From Candidatus Aenigmatarchaeota archaeon (GTDB taxonomy: Archaea > Aenigmatarchaeota > Aenigmatarchaeia > QMZP01 > QMZT01), in contig JAGMCY010000150.1 in NCBI GenBank assembly GCA_023128965.1, positions 1 to 39,444 on the forward strand: a stretch of 39,444 bases of DNA, given 5' to 3'. A model generated the notes under the pieces. It was not told the DNA's origin, did not search any database, and saw nothing but the letters and a program-made list of their open reading frames with translations. Each line of letters opens with the position of its first letter. Within the stretch, counting starts at the first letter, position 1. The position numbers and the translations under genes were made by a program. Shown here piece by piece: positions 26,415 through 34,164 of this stretch.

Positions 26415-27887
26415 ATGGACAAGTTCCTTCGTATCCAAGAGCTCGCAGATCAGAGGGGTCTGTTCTTCCCCTCAGCCGAAATCCACTCGCCCCCCTCAGG
26501 TTTCTGGGATTTCGGTCATCTGGGAGCGGTGTCGAGGAGGAAGATTATTGATCTGTGGAGGAAAGAGGTCGTCAGGAAAACGGATTCACTCGAAATCGAG
26601 GGGTGTTTAATACTCCCTAAAAAGAATTTCGAGGCTTCAGGACACCTGAAAGGTTTTGTTGACCCTTTAATACAGTGCAAAAAATGCCACAAGATATTCA
26701 GGGCGGATAAACTGATAGAGGAGAAGACGAAGAAATCAATCCCGGAAGCTCTGGACATTTCGGAGTTCAACAAGCTGGTAAAGAAATTCGAAATCCGCTG
26801 CCCAGAATGCAAAGGAGGATTTTCGAGCGTGAAAAAATTCAACATGATGATAGGGGTTTCAATCGGGCCTTTGTCCAAAGAACTAAACGCTTATCTCAGG
26901 CCCGAGACATGCCAGAACATATTCACCGCGTTTCAGAAGATCTACAAAACCTCTCGTGTCTCGCTTCCCTTAGGCATATCCCAGGTGGGTCGCGCTTTCA
27001 GAAACGAGATCTCCCCAAGACAGGGGTTGATAAGGACGAGGGAGTTCACGCAGCTGGAAACAGAGGTTTTTTTCAACCCTAAAAAAATAAATGATCTGCC
27101 CGAATTCGATAAGTACAAGAACATGAAACTCCGGTTGAAACTTCTCGGCAAGGAGAAAACGGAACCCTTCACCCCAGAACGAGCGGTGAAGAAAAAGATA
27201 ATATCAGGGAAGCTGATAGGCTATTACCTAGCGATTACCCAACAATTCTTCGAGAAATGCGGTTTCCCTCCGAAGGATATCCGCTTCCGCGAACTCGAGG
27301 ATAAAGCGAAAGCTTTCTATTCGAAGGAAACATGGGATTTCGAGGTGAAGACGAGCGTTGGATGGCTTGAACTCGTAGCATGCAATTACAGGACAGATTT
27401 CGATCTGTCCTCACATTCTAAGGTTTCCGGAACGGACCTCTCGGTCGTAGAGAACGATGAGAAATTCATCCCCCACGTTTTCGAATTGTCAATGGGCCTC
27501 GACCGCATATTTTACGCCGTTCTCGAGAATTCGCTCACGGAGAGGAAAGGAAAACCTGTCCTTAAATTCCCCCGCAACCTCACGCCTCTGGATGTTATTA
27601 TCCTCCCGCTCGTGAGAAAGGACGGAATCGGCAAGAAAGCGAGGGAAATACACGAGATGCTGAAAACGAAATTTGAAACCAAATACGACGAGAAACAGTC
27701 GATCGGAAAGCGCTACGTGATCTATGACCAACTTGGCGTCCCTCTCGCGATCACAATAGACTATGATTCGTTGAAAAAGCAGGACGCCACCTTACGAGAT
27801 AGAGACAGCATGAAGCAGATACGGGTGAAGATAAAGGATCTCGAAACCAAAATAAGCGATTTCTTCGAGGGCAAGAAGATATTCTAA
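26415..27887 (+). CDS. glyS: glycine--tRNA ligase (archaeal/eukaryotic-type class II)
   Basis: RGLFFPSAEIHSPPSGFWDFGHLG, LRPETCQNIF, GRAFRNEISPRQGLIRTREFTQLE, ELSMGLDRIFY, and a Cys4 insertion (CKKC...CPEC). ATG is at 26415; the track start 26406 is GTG. Confidence 0.9.
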   Translation: MDKFLRIQELADQRGLFFPSAEIHSPPSGFWDFGHLGAVSRRKIIDLWRKEVVRKTDSLEIEGCLILPKKNFEASGHLKGFVDPLIQCKKCHKIFRADKLIEEKTKKSIPEALDISEFNKLVKKFEIRCPECKGGFSSVKKFNMMIGVSIGPLSKELNAYLRPETCQNIFTAFQKIYKTSRVSLPLGISQVGRAFRNEISPRQGLIRTREFTQLETEVFFNPKKINDLPEFDKYKNMKLRLKLLGKEKTEPFTPERAVKKKIISGKLIGYYLAITQQFFEKCGFPPKDIRFRELEDKAKAFYSKETWDFEVKTSVGWLELVACNYRTDFDLSSHSKVSGTDLSVVENDEKFIPHVFELSMGLDRIFYAVLENSLTERKGKPVLKFPRNLTPLDVIILPLVRKDGIGKKAREIHEMLKTKFETKYDEKQSIGKRYVIYDQLGVPLAITIDYDSLKKQDATLRDRDSMKQIRVKIKDLETKISDFFEGKKIF

Positions 27888-28969
27888 TACCCTCTCCATT
27901 TTTCTATACGTTTGTGGACTTCCCTTTCCACTTTCGCTAGAAACAGCTTCATCGCCTTTGTCGGGTCCCACTCGTGATCGCTCGCGTAGAAGCTCCCCTT
28001 ATCCGTCACGAACCTGCCCTGCACGGAATACTTCTTTCGCCTTCCTCCCGTCTTATGCGTTTCGACATGTATCGCCACGTAAGTCACGGTTAAGAGTTTC
28101 AGGAGTTTCGAGATCGTATTCTCCACCATCTCGTCCATTTTCATCCTTATGAACTCATCCTCATCATCCAGGCCGGTGACCCTTACGTAAACGGTTTCGA
28201 GGGATTTTCCTATGAGCTTGAACAGGTCTTTCACGGTTATCATTCCCATAAGCCTTCCGTTTCTCTCCACGATAACCGTGCAGATACCCTCTTTCGAAAC
28301 TTTACTGACTATTTTTTCCAGGTCAGTTTCCGGGTTCACTTTCGTTATACCGGTTCTCAGAAATTTACCTATGTCGATACCTCCCAGTTTTGTTTTATCC
28401 CCGAACCTTTCCCCGCGTTTTGATCTGCGTTCGTCAACCAGTATGTTTATAAGGCTCAGGCCGTCAACGAGACCCTTGAATCTCCCCTTCCCGTCGAGGA
28501 TTGGTATCCTGTTGAGCCCGAGGTCCTTCATGGTGGAGATCACCGTCGAAAGCGTATCGTCCTCGCTCGCACAATAAGGAAACTGCATGATATCCTTCGC
28601 TTTCTTCCCCTCGAAGATTTCGTCCTTTACGAACCCCAAGAGTTTAGGCTTCGAAACAGCGTAGATTTTTCCTTCCTTCTCGACCGGAAGCGATCTGTAT
28701 TCGCTCACCAGCATATAGTTGATTATATCCCCGACAGAAGTATCTACGGGAAAGGGGGTTAAGGGTTTCATGAAATACGAGATCTTCGTCTTTTGCGGTT
28801 CGCTCACCTTCCTCTTCACGATATCATCCAGCGTGACGATCCCTTCAAACCCACCGTCAAATACAAATGCCTCGTATTTCTTACGCTCTGCCATTTTGGA
28901 AACGACGTGGGACAGGCTTTCGTTCGGCCCCACGAGAAATGCTTCCTCGATTACATCTTCCAGATCCAT
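27884..28969 (-). CDS. 4xCBS protein fused to a C-terminal HPF/RaiA (S30AE)-like domain
   Basis: Four CBS motifs fill the first ~255 aa. The last 102 aa read VYVRVTGLDDEDEFIRMKMDEMVENTISKLLKLL-TVTYVAIHVETHK-RKKYSVQGRFVTDKGSFYASDHEWDPTKAMKLFLAKVEREVHKRIEK. This follows the beta-alpha-beta-beta-beta-alpha pattern and key residues of bacterial HPF/YfiA (K..Y.v...v...G.f.A....D...A...l..K.Er...K). Confidence 0.6.
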   Translation of the reverse strand: MDLEDVIEEAFLVGPNESLSHVVSKMAERKKYEAFVFDGGFEGIVTLDDIVKRKVSEPQKTKISYFMKPLTPFPVDTSVGDIINYMLVSEYRSLPVEKEGKIYAVSKPKLLGFVKDEIFEGKKAKDIMQFPYCASEDDTLSTVISTMKDLGLNRIPILDGKGRFKGLVDGLSLINILVDERRSKRGERFGDKTKLGGIDIGKFLRTGITKVNPETDLEKIVSKVSKEGICTVIVERNGRLMGMITVKDLFKLIGKSLETVYVRVTGLDDEDEFIRMKMDEMVENTISKLLKLLTVTYVAIHVETHKTGGRRKKYSVQGRFVTDKGSFYASDHEWDPTKAMKLFLAKVEREVHKRIEKWRGY

Positions 28970-28973
28970 AGAA

Positions 28974-29174
28974 TCACAAGCCGCTCTTGCTTATCCTCTT
29001 CATTTCCTTCGTTATGTAACCTGCAACCACGTTCTTTATTTTTTTTGACTTTATGTTCTTTATCTTCGAAAGAATCTCTTTGTTCTTCCCAAAATCATCG
29101 GTGAATTTATCACCGTGTTCCTTTATCAGCTCGTTACCTAATGTTTTGATCGCAATGGTTTTTATCCTTCCCAT
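28974..29174 (-). CDS. rps17e: ribosomal protein eS17
   Basis: MGRIKTIAIKTLGNELIKEHGDKFTDDFGKNKEILSKI...SKKIKNVVAGYITKEMKR matches the eS17 pattern (MGRVRTKTVK...SKKLRNKIAGY.T). A GAGGGG SD lies 5-6 nt before ATG 29174. Confidence 0.85.
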   Translation of the reverse strand: MGRIKTIAIKTLGNELIKEHGDKFTDDFGKNKEILSKIKNIKSKKIKNVVAGYITKEMKRISKSGL

Positions 29175-29212
29175 ATCTTCCCCTCGCAATAATACATATT
29201 CTCAATGGATAT

Positions 29213-30073
29213 TTAAAACATTGCTATCTCAAGCTGCCCGAGAAGCGAGAAAATCGTATACCCGATCACTATCAGAACTATGCTGTGTTTTAATCCTGCC
29301 ATTACCGAACCCTCTGCCATCTTACCCGTAGCCAGACCTGCGAAGAACCCTTGTATGAGTATGAAGTTTATGAAGGTCTGCGTGTAAAGTTCCGCGGGCA
29401 TGGTCGGGGTTGTTGCCGTTTCCCCCAGGGTGGGGGTCTCCATCGTCCCCAGGGCGGGTATCAGAAACGTCTTCAGAATCAGCAGGATGAAAATGAAAAT
29501 GAAAAATATCAGATAGGAGGTCACGAGTTGGGATTGAACCGAGACCGATCTCTCCTGCTTTATCTTGTTAATCTCGATCAGTGATTGGCCTATCGCCCTC
29601 AACGTATCCGAAATCTTCCCGCCCACCTTATAGGTTTCTATGATCGTGCTCACCGACCTCTTTAACGGCATTGAATTGACCTTTTCAGAGAACATCTTAA
29701 GCGCCTTTTCAAAGGGAATTCCCCACTCGACCTTGCTCTCTATTCCCTTTACGTATGGAGTTAGAGACCTGTAATCCTTTTTAGAGGCGTGTTTAAGAGC
29801 GATAGGCAACGTCATCCCGGAATCTATGGACCCCGTGAGGTCTGTTATGAAAACCACGAACTGCTCCTCTATCTCCTTGCGTATCTTGTACCTTTTATAG
29901 AAAATGAGAAAGGGCGGGACAATCGCTATCAAAGCTCCCAACACGTTTACAAGGGGCGATATGAAAGGGAAGATACCCGATATGAAAAAGAAGTTGAAGA
30001 CTAGCAGTACGACTCCAAATATCACGAAAAGGATTTCAAACACGAGAGCCCTTCCAAATTCCATCCTAAACAC
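29213..30073 (-). CDS. type IV filament platform protein, single T2SSF domain (TadC/FlaJ-half-like)
   Basis: N-terminal TM hairpin, a cytoplasmic T2SSF-like helical domain (FITDLTGSIDSGMTLPIALKHA ... TIIETYKVGGKISDTLRAIGQSL), and C-terminal TM helices. Overlaps the upstream paralog by 8 nt. Confidence 0.7.
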   Translation of the reverse strand: MFRMEFGRALVFEILFVIFGVVLLVFNFFFISGIFPFISPLVNVLGALIAIVPPFLIFYKRYKIRKEIEEQFVVFITDLTGSIDSGMTLPIALKHASKKDYRSLTPYVKGIESKVEWGIPFEKALKMFSEKVNSMPLKRSVSTIIETYKVGGKISDTLRAIGQSLIEINKIKQERSVSVQSQLVTSYLIFFIFIFILLILKTFLIPALGTMETPTLGETATTPTMPAELYTQTFINFILIQGFFAGLATGKMAEGSVMAGLKHSIVLIVIGYTIFSLLGQLEIAMF

Positions 30074-30944
30074 CAGGATACGTAATATGTATGAATATTA
30101 TGAAACCCGTGTTAAGCACGGGGAGCATGACCCACGTTATCAGCAACATCAATTCGTTTATTGTCAAACCCATCACAGTCCCCCCTATTATGCTCATCGT
30201 CGCTAGCAAGGAAAGCATCATGAGGGGAGCCGCGACTAGCAAAGCGGTGTAGATGTCGGCGTACGTTGATAACGTTTTCAAATACTTTTCCCTCTTGATC
30301 CTGTAATCGAACAACGCCTTGTCGGCCATCTGCCTGAGATATTCGACCATGTTCCCACCTGATTCTGTGGTTGAGACTATCCCGAGCAAGATATCCCTGA
30401 AATTCTGTGAGGGAGTCCGCTCCGCGATGTCTTTCAACGCATCCACTGAGCTCATCCCGAATGTTTTAATGTTCCTCATTATCAATTTCGAATCCTCTGT
30501 TATCTCCCCGTATTCCTCGAATCCAGTGAGTAGTTCGAAAATGAACTCCGTGGGTATTCCGGAAGAGGCGATTGCTGCCATGTGGGTTATAGCGAAGGGA
30601 AGGTTGTTTTCAATGGATTTCTTCCTTGCGTTCTCCCTCTGAACAGGATAAAGGTAAAGGATTATGAAAACTATCGAGGCAACGAACACGGGAAAGAAAA
30701 TAACACTGAATATGTATATGTAGAATTCGACCTCTATCAGGAACGTCAGGAAAACGAAAATGGAAATGAAGGAGACCACCAATGAAAGTAATGTCGTGAA
30801 GAAGAGCATACCGACCCAAGTTTTCAACAACACCTTCATATTCGCATTTCTTATGTGGGGCTCCAAAGGCTTAAAGGAATCGATATACTTCTCAATCAGA
30901 TCTCCGAAAAGAACAAGTGACAGTTTTTTGTAAAGTGATAGCAT
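30066..30944 (-). CDS. type IV filament platform protein, single T2SSF domain (TadB/FlaJ-half-like)
   Basis: Same architecture as its neighbour: LPFAITHMAAIASSGIPTEFIFELL ... ILLGIVSTTESGGNMVEYLRQMADK, plus 4-5 TM helices. Confidence 0.7.
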   Translation of the reverse strand: MLSLYKKLSLVLFGDLIEKYIDSFKPLEPHIRNANMKVLLKTWVGMLFFTTLLSLVVSFISIFVFLTFLIEVEFYIYIFSVIFFPVFVASIVFIILYLYPVQRENARKKSIENNLPFAITHMAAIASSGIPTEFIFELLTGFEEYGEITEDSKLIMRNIKTFGMSSVDALKDIAERTPSQNFRDILLGIVSTTESGGNMVEYLRQMADKALFDYRIKREKYLKTLSTYADIYTALLVAAPLMMLSLLATMSIIGGTVMGLTINELMLLITWVMLPVLNTGFIIFIHITYPGV

Positions 30945-30980
30945 ATTAAAATATTATCCTTGCATATAAAATACTTCTTG

Positions 30981-30991
30981 ATAAACAAAAA
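30981..30991 (-). terminator. oligo-U stretch directly after the SRP-like RNA
   Basis: On the minus strand, UUUUUGUUUAU follows the terminal helix immediately. This is the archaeal oligo-T termination signal type. Confidence 0.4.
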
Positions 30992-31308
30992 GGCAGAGAG
31001 CATGTTTACGGTAGACTTCACGAAAAACTGCAAGTTATCCAATTTACCTTCTCCACCCTGCAACCCCGCAAGCATCACAAACATGGCTTAGGGATGCTGT
31101 CTTTCGGGAAGGACACGCATTCTGCGTGTCAAACTTTCCAACCCTGACCCGGTTCACCATGGAAATGATCCCGCAGGACAAGGCTTCTCAGTTGGCAGAT
31201 CAGGCTTACAGTTTATTGCAAAGCCACCCGTAAACTACAACCGGCCATGAAGGCCATTTGCCACCCGAAGGTACGGTAGGCCTAGCCCCGTGGTTGGAGG
31301 CTCTCTGC
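30992..31308 (-). ncRNA. signal recognition particle (7S/SRP) RNA candidate, about 317 nt
   Basis: This 470-nt gap has no convincing CDS. On the minus strand the ends pair (GCAGAGAGC 31308-31300 with GCUCUCUGC 31001-30993). A second closing helix is GUUUACGG (31235-31228) with CCGUAAAC (31011-31004). Between these two helices lie Alu-like hairpins (ACC-UUCG-GGU; GGCC-UUCAU-GGCC). A long, imperfect rod is consistent with helix 5. The helix 8 5' strand is GGUGAACCGGGUCAGG (31158-31143), nearly identical to human 7SL GGUGAACCGGCCCAGG, and the matching 3' strand ACAGCAUCCC carries the AGCA loop. A TATA-like TTTAAAT lies 24-30 nt upstream and an oligo-U lies downstream. Confidence 0.6.
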
Positions 31309-31331
31309 ATTTAATAATCCGATAAGATGGA

Positions 31332-31338
31332 TTTAAAT
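31332..31338 (-). promoter_or_regulatory. TATA-box-like element for the SRP-like RNA
   Basis: TTTAAAT on the minus strand, 24-30 nt upstream of the inferred 5' end at 31308. Confidence 0.35.
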
Positions 31339-31414
31339 TATTTAGGTCGGGCACATTCCCCTCAAAAAGATAATATAAAACTTAAAAAACAATTATATAC
31401 CGATTGGTGTCAGC

Positions 31415-32224
31415 ATGTACAGATACAGAAGACCACAAAAAAGAAGGAGAAGGCTGAGGACACTGAGTTATCTGATTTTTGCAATGCTCGTGTTTTTGCT
31501 CGGATATTACATAGGGGGGATGAACGAAACAATCGTTATATATCACAATGAGACGAGACCTTTGAATATCGTGACTTATATCCCTTATCTCGTTAACGAG
31601 TCTTATTCAAACGTTTCGTATGCCTCTATAATAATCCCGGCTGTTGACGAGGAAGGAAACGGATTGACCACTGTGCTCACGGTCCAGGCAATCCCGGGGG
31701 AGGGAAGAGTTCTCGCGAACATAGACAGGCTGCTTTTCTGGACAGACACGCAGAATTCAATTCGAACCTCAAGCAAGGTCGCCTCGAACATAACGGGGAT
31801 AGACCTCTCGAATTACGACATAATATACACGATAAAGACGAATGCAACCGCTGTCGAAGGCCCCTCAGCAGGAGCTGCCCTGACAATCGCAACCATCGCA
31901 GCCCTTGAACACAAGAGGATCGACCCAAAGGTTCTGATAACCGGAGCGGTAAACCATGACGGTACGATAGGGCCTGTAGGACAGATATTACCCAAGGCAG
32001 AAGCTGCGAAAGATATCGGGGCAAGACTGTTCCTCGTCCCCCTCTTACAATCACAGGAAGTGACGTACAAAACGAGTAGATATTGCGAGCAGATAGGCCC
32101 AGCCCAGATATGCACGACAGAAAAGGTCCCGAAAAAAGTGAACATTTCCGAGGAAGCAGGGATAGAGGTCGTGGAAGTGGAGAATATTCAGGAAGCTTTG
32201 GAATATTTCTTGGTCGAGGAATGA
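31415..32224 (+). CDS. membrane-anchored S16 (Lon C-terminal proteolytic domain) serine protease without an ATPase module
   Basis: Basic N-terminus plus a TM helix (LSYLIFAMLVFLLGYYIGG). Lon protease domain motifs are AVEGPSAGAALTIATIAAL (catalytic Ser) and ITGAVNHDGTIGPVGQILPKAEAA (catalytic Lys). Confidence 0.75.
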   Translation: MYRYRRPQKRRRRLRTLSYLIFAMLVFLLGYYIGGMNETIVIYHNETRPLNIVTYIPYLVNESYSNVSYASIIIPAVDEEGNGLTTVLTVQAIPGEGRVLANIDRLLFWTDTQNSIRTSSKVASNITGIDLSNYDIIYTIKTNATAVEGPSAGAALTIATIAALEHKRIDPKVLITGAVNHDGTIGPVGQILPKAEAAKDIGARLFLVPLLQSQEVTYKTSRYCEQIGPAQICTTEKVPKKVNISEEAGIEVVEVENIQEALEYFLVEE

Positions 32225-32225
32225 C

Positions 32226-32987
32226 ATGATCGACATACATGCGCATCTATGTTTTGGCGACTATGACAAGGACCTGGATGAGGTTATAGCAAAGTGTAAA
32301 GAAGAACTAGCGGGCGTTATAGTAGGGACTGCAAGATATGAGGAGGGGATGAAAGCTCTCTCCACCGTTAGCAAACATCCTGGCTTCTTGTTTCCCACAC
32401 TCGGTTTCCACCCGACAGAAGGAGGGAAGGACCCCGAAAAGATCATGGAACTGATAAAATCCAATTCCGGAAAAATCGTAGGGGTGGGAGAGGTCGGATT
32501 AGATTACCACTGGGAGAAAGACCAGGAGAAACAAAGAATCCAGAAGGAGAGATTTTCGAAATTCATCGAACTTGCGGAGAAGCTCTCGAAACCCCTGGTA
32601 ATACACTCCTGGGACGCGGAAAGCGAATGTTTCGAGATGGTAAAGAATTCGAAAGTGAAAGTAATATTCCACTGTTTTTCAGGGAGGAGAGAGTTAGCGA
32701 AAGAAATAGTTTCCCGCGGTTTCTACATTTCGATCTCCACTCAGGTTCTCTTCTCTAAAAACATCCGAAAGATCGCGAAAGACATGCCCTTGGACAAGCT
32801 CCTTCTAGAAACGGATTCCCCCTTCCTTTCCCCGGACAAGGAGAAGGACCCGAGAAACTATCCCTGGAACATAAAGCTGTCCGCTGAGAAGATCGCTGAG
32901 ATAAAAAATATTTCGAAAGAGGAGATTCTTGAGAAAGCCAAGGAAAACGCGATCCGTGTTTTTGATTTAAAAATAGCACGGGCATAA
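32226..32987 (+). CDS. tatD: TatD-family metal-dependent hydrolase/DNase
   Basis: MIDIHAHL, GEVGLDYHW, LVIHSWDA, FHCFSG, ETDSPFLSP. Confidence 0.85.
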   Translation: MIDIHAHLCFGDYDKDLDEVIAKCKEELAGVIVGTARYEEGMKALSTVSKHPGFLFPTLGFHPTEGGKDPEKIMELIKSNSGKIVGVGEVGLDYHWEKDQEKQRIQKERFSKFIELAEKLSKPLVIHSWDAESECFEMVKNSKVKVIFHCFSGRRELAKEIVSRGFYISISTQVLFSKNIRKIAKDMPLDKLLLETDSPFLSPDKEKDPRNYPWNIKLSAEKIAEIKNISKEEILEKAKENAIRVFDLKIARA

Positions 32988-32995
32988 TTGGTATT

Positions 32996-34159
32996 ATGAT
33001 AAGGGACATAGCTGTTAAAATATTGAATTCAGGATATGTCTGCGATTCCTGCTTGGGCAGGCAGTTCGCAAAATTGCTCAGGGGATACTCCAACCAGGAA
33101 AGGGGGAGGATAATACGTGACTTCCTCGCGATGGAGTATGAAGCGAAAAAAATCAAGGCAGATCCAGCGAATTTCGAAAAAGGGGAAAGATGTGTTGTTT
33201 GTGAAGATATACTGGATAACTTACCGAAATTCGCGGAGGAAATACTGAAAAAACTTAAGAAAATGGAATTCGAAACTTTTTTGGTCGGGGTGAAGATGAG
33301 TGATTCGCTCGTCATGAATGAGGAGGCGCTTTGGGAGAAGATGGGCATGAAATACTCTGAACCGATAAAATCCGAGATAAACAGAGAACTTGGAAAGATG
33401 ATAGCCGAGGGAGCAGGGAAAACGGCAGATCAAGAAAAACCCGATATCCTGATAATCTTTGACCTCGAGAAAAGAGAAACGGAGATTTTTTCGAACTCGC
33501 TTTTCGTTTACGGGGAATACAAGAAATTCGCTCGCGGCCTCCCGCAGACGAAATCCCCCCGCTACAAACAAACGGTCCAGGATATCATAGCGAAGCCTTT
33601 CATGAAAGTCACTTCAGCTTCTTCCCATGTTCTCCACGCCCTGGGAAGGGAAGAGAAGGAGGCGAGATGTCTGGTCTGGAGGCCTTTCATCCTTGAACTC
33701 AAGCAGCCGATAAAGAGGAAGGTGGATACGGAAAGGATAAAAAAGGAAATAAACATGCGAAAGAAAATCAAGGTCAGAGGGCTTCGAATTTCCGACAAGA
33801 AGAAGGTCTCGCTTTTGAAATCAAAAAGACCTTTCAAGGTTTACAGGGTTGTTGTTGATTTCGAGAGAAAGGTCGACAAAGCGGAAAACGTTAAGAAATT
33901 GGTAGGCGTTATCAAACAGAGAACCCCGAAGAGGACATTGACTTCGAAACCCGACAAAACAAAGAATAAAAAGGTTAAAAGTATAAAATGGAAAATGATT
34001 AATAATAAAAGATACATATTCGAAATAATAGCTGAATCGGGTATGTACCTCAAAGAACTGGTTTCCGGGGACTCGGGAAGAACGAGTCCGTCAATTTCGA
34101 AAGTACTCGGGAATCAAGCGGAGGTTCGGGAATTCGATCTGATAGGTCTTGAGGATTGA
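32996..34159 (+). CDS. pus10: tRNA pseudouridine synthase Pus10 homolog (catalytic motif altered)
   Basis: N-terminal zinc motif CDSCLGRQFAKL...CVVC, then LFVYGEYKKFARGLPQT, HALGREEKEARCLVWRPFILELKQP, KVYRVVV, IKQRTPKRT and GMYLKELVSGDSGRTSPSIS. This is collinear with archaeal Pus10 motifs. Confidence 0.8.
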   Translation: MIRDIAVKILNSGYVCDSCLGRQFAKLLRGYSNQERGRIIRDFLAMEYEAKKIKADPANFEKGERCVVCEDILDNLPKFAEEILKKLKKMEFETFLVGVKMSDSLVMNEEALWEKMGMKYSEPIKSEINRELGKMIAEGAGKTADQEKPDILIIFDLEKRETEIFSNSLFVYGEYKKFARGLPQTKSPRYKQTVQDIIAKPFMKVTSASSHVLHALGREEKEARCLVWRPFILELKQPIKRKVDTERIKKEINMRKKIKVRGLRISDKKKVSLLKSKRPFKVYRVVVDFERKVDKAENVKKLVGVIKQRTPKRTLTSKPDKTKNKKVKSIKWKMINNKRYIFEIIAESGMYLKELVSGDSGRTSPSISKVLGNQAEVREFDLIGLED

Positions 34160-34164
34160 TAGAT

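Noticed and set aside
30992-31308. Alternative reading of the structured RNA as RNase P RNA (GGAAAGU, GGCUUACAG and AAGGUACGG strings resemble RNase P conserved regions)
   Set aside because: The CR-I-like GGAAAGU lies about two thirds into the minus-strand RNA instead of near the 5' end. The CR-V-like string is on the opposite strand and about 90 nt from the 3' end. No P4 pairing could be drawn, and the helix 8 SRP motif match is much better. This still needs a covariance-model check.
31677-32246. 189-aa and 110-aa minus-strand ORFs antisense to the Lon-like protease gene
   Set aside because: The plus-strand frame carries the S16 Ser/Lys motifs. The antisense products are Arg/Leu/Ser/Pro-rich shadow ORFs.
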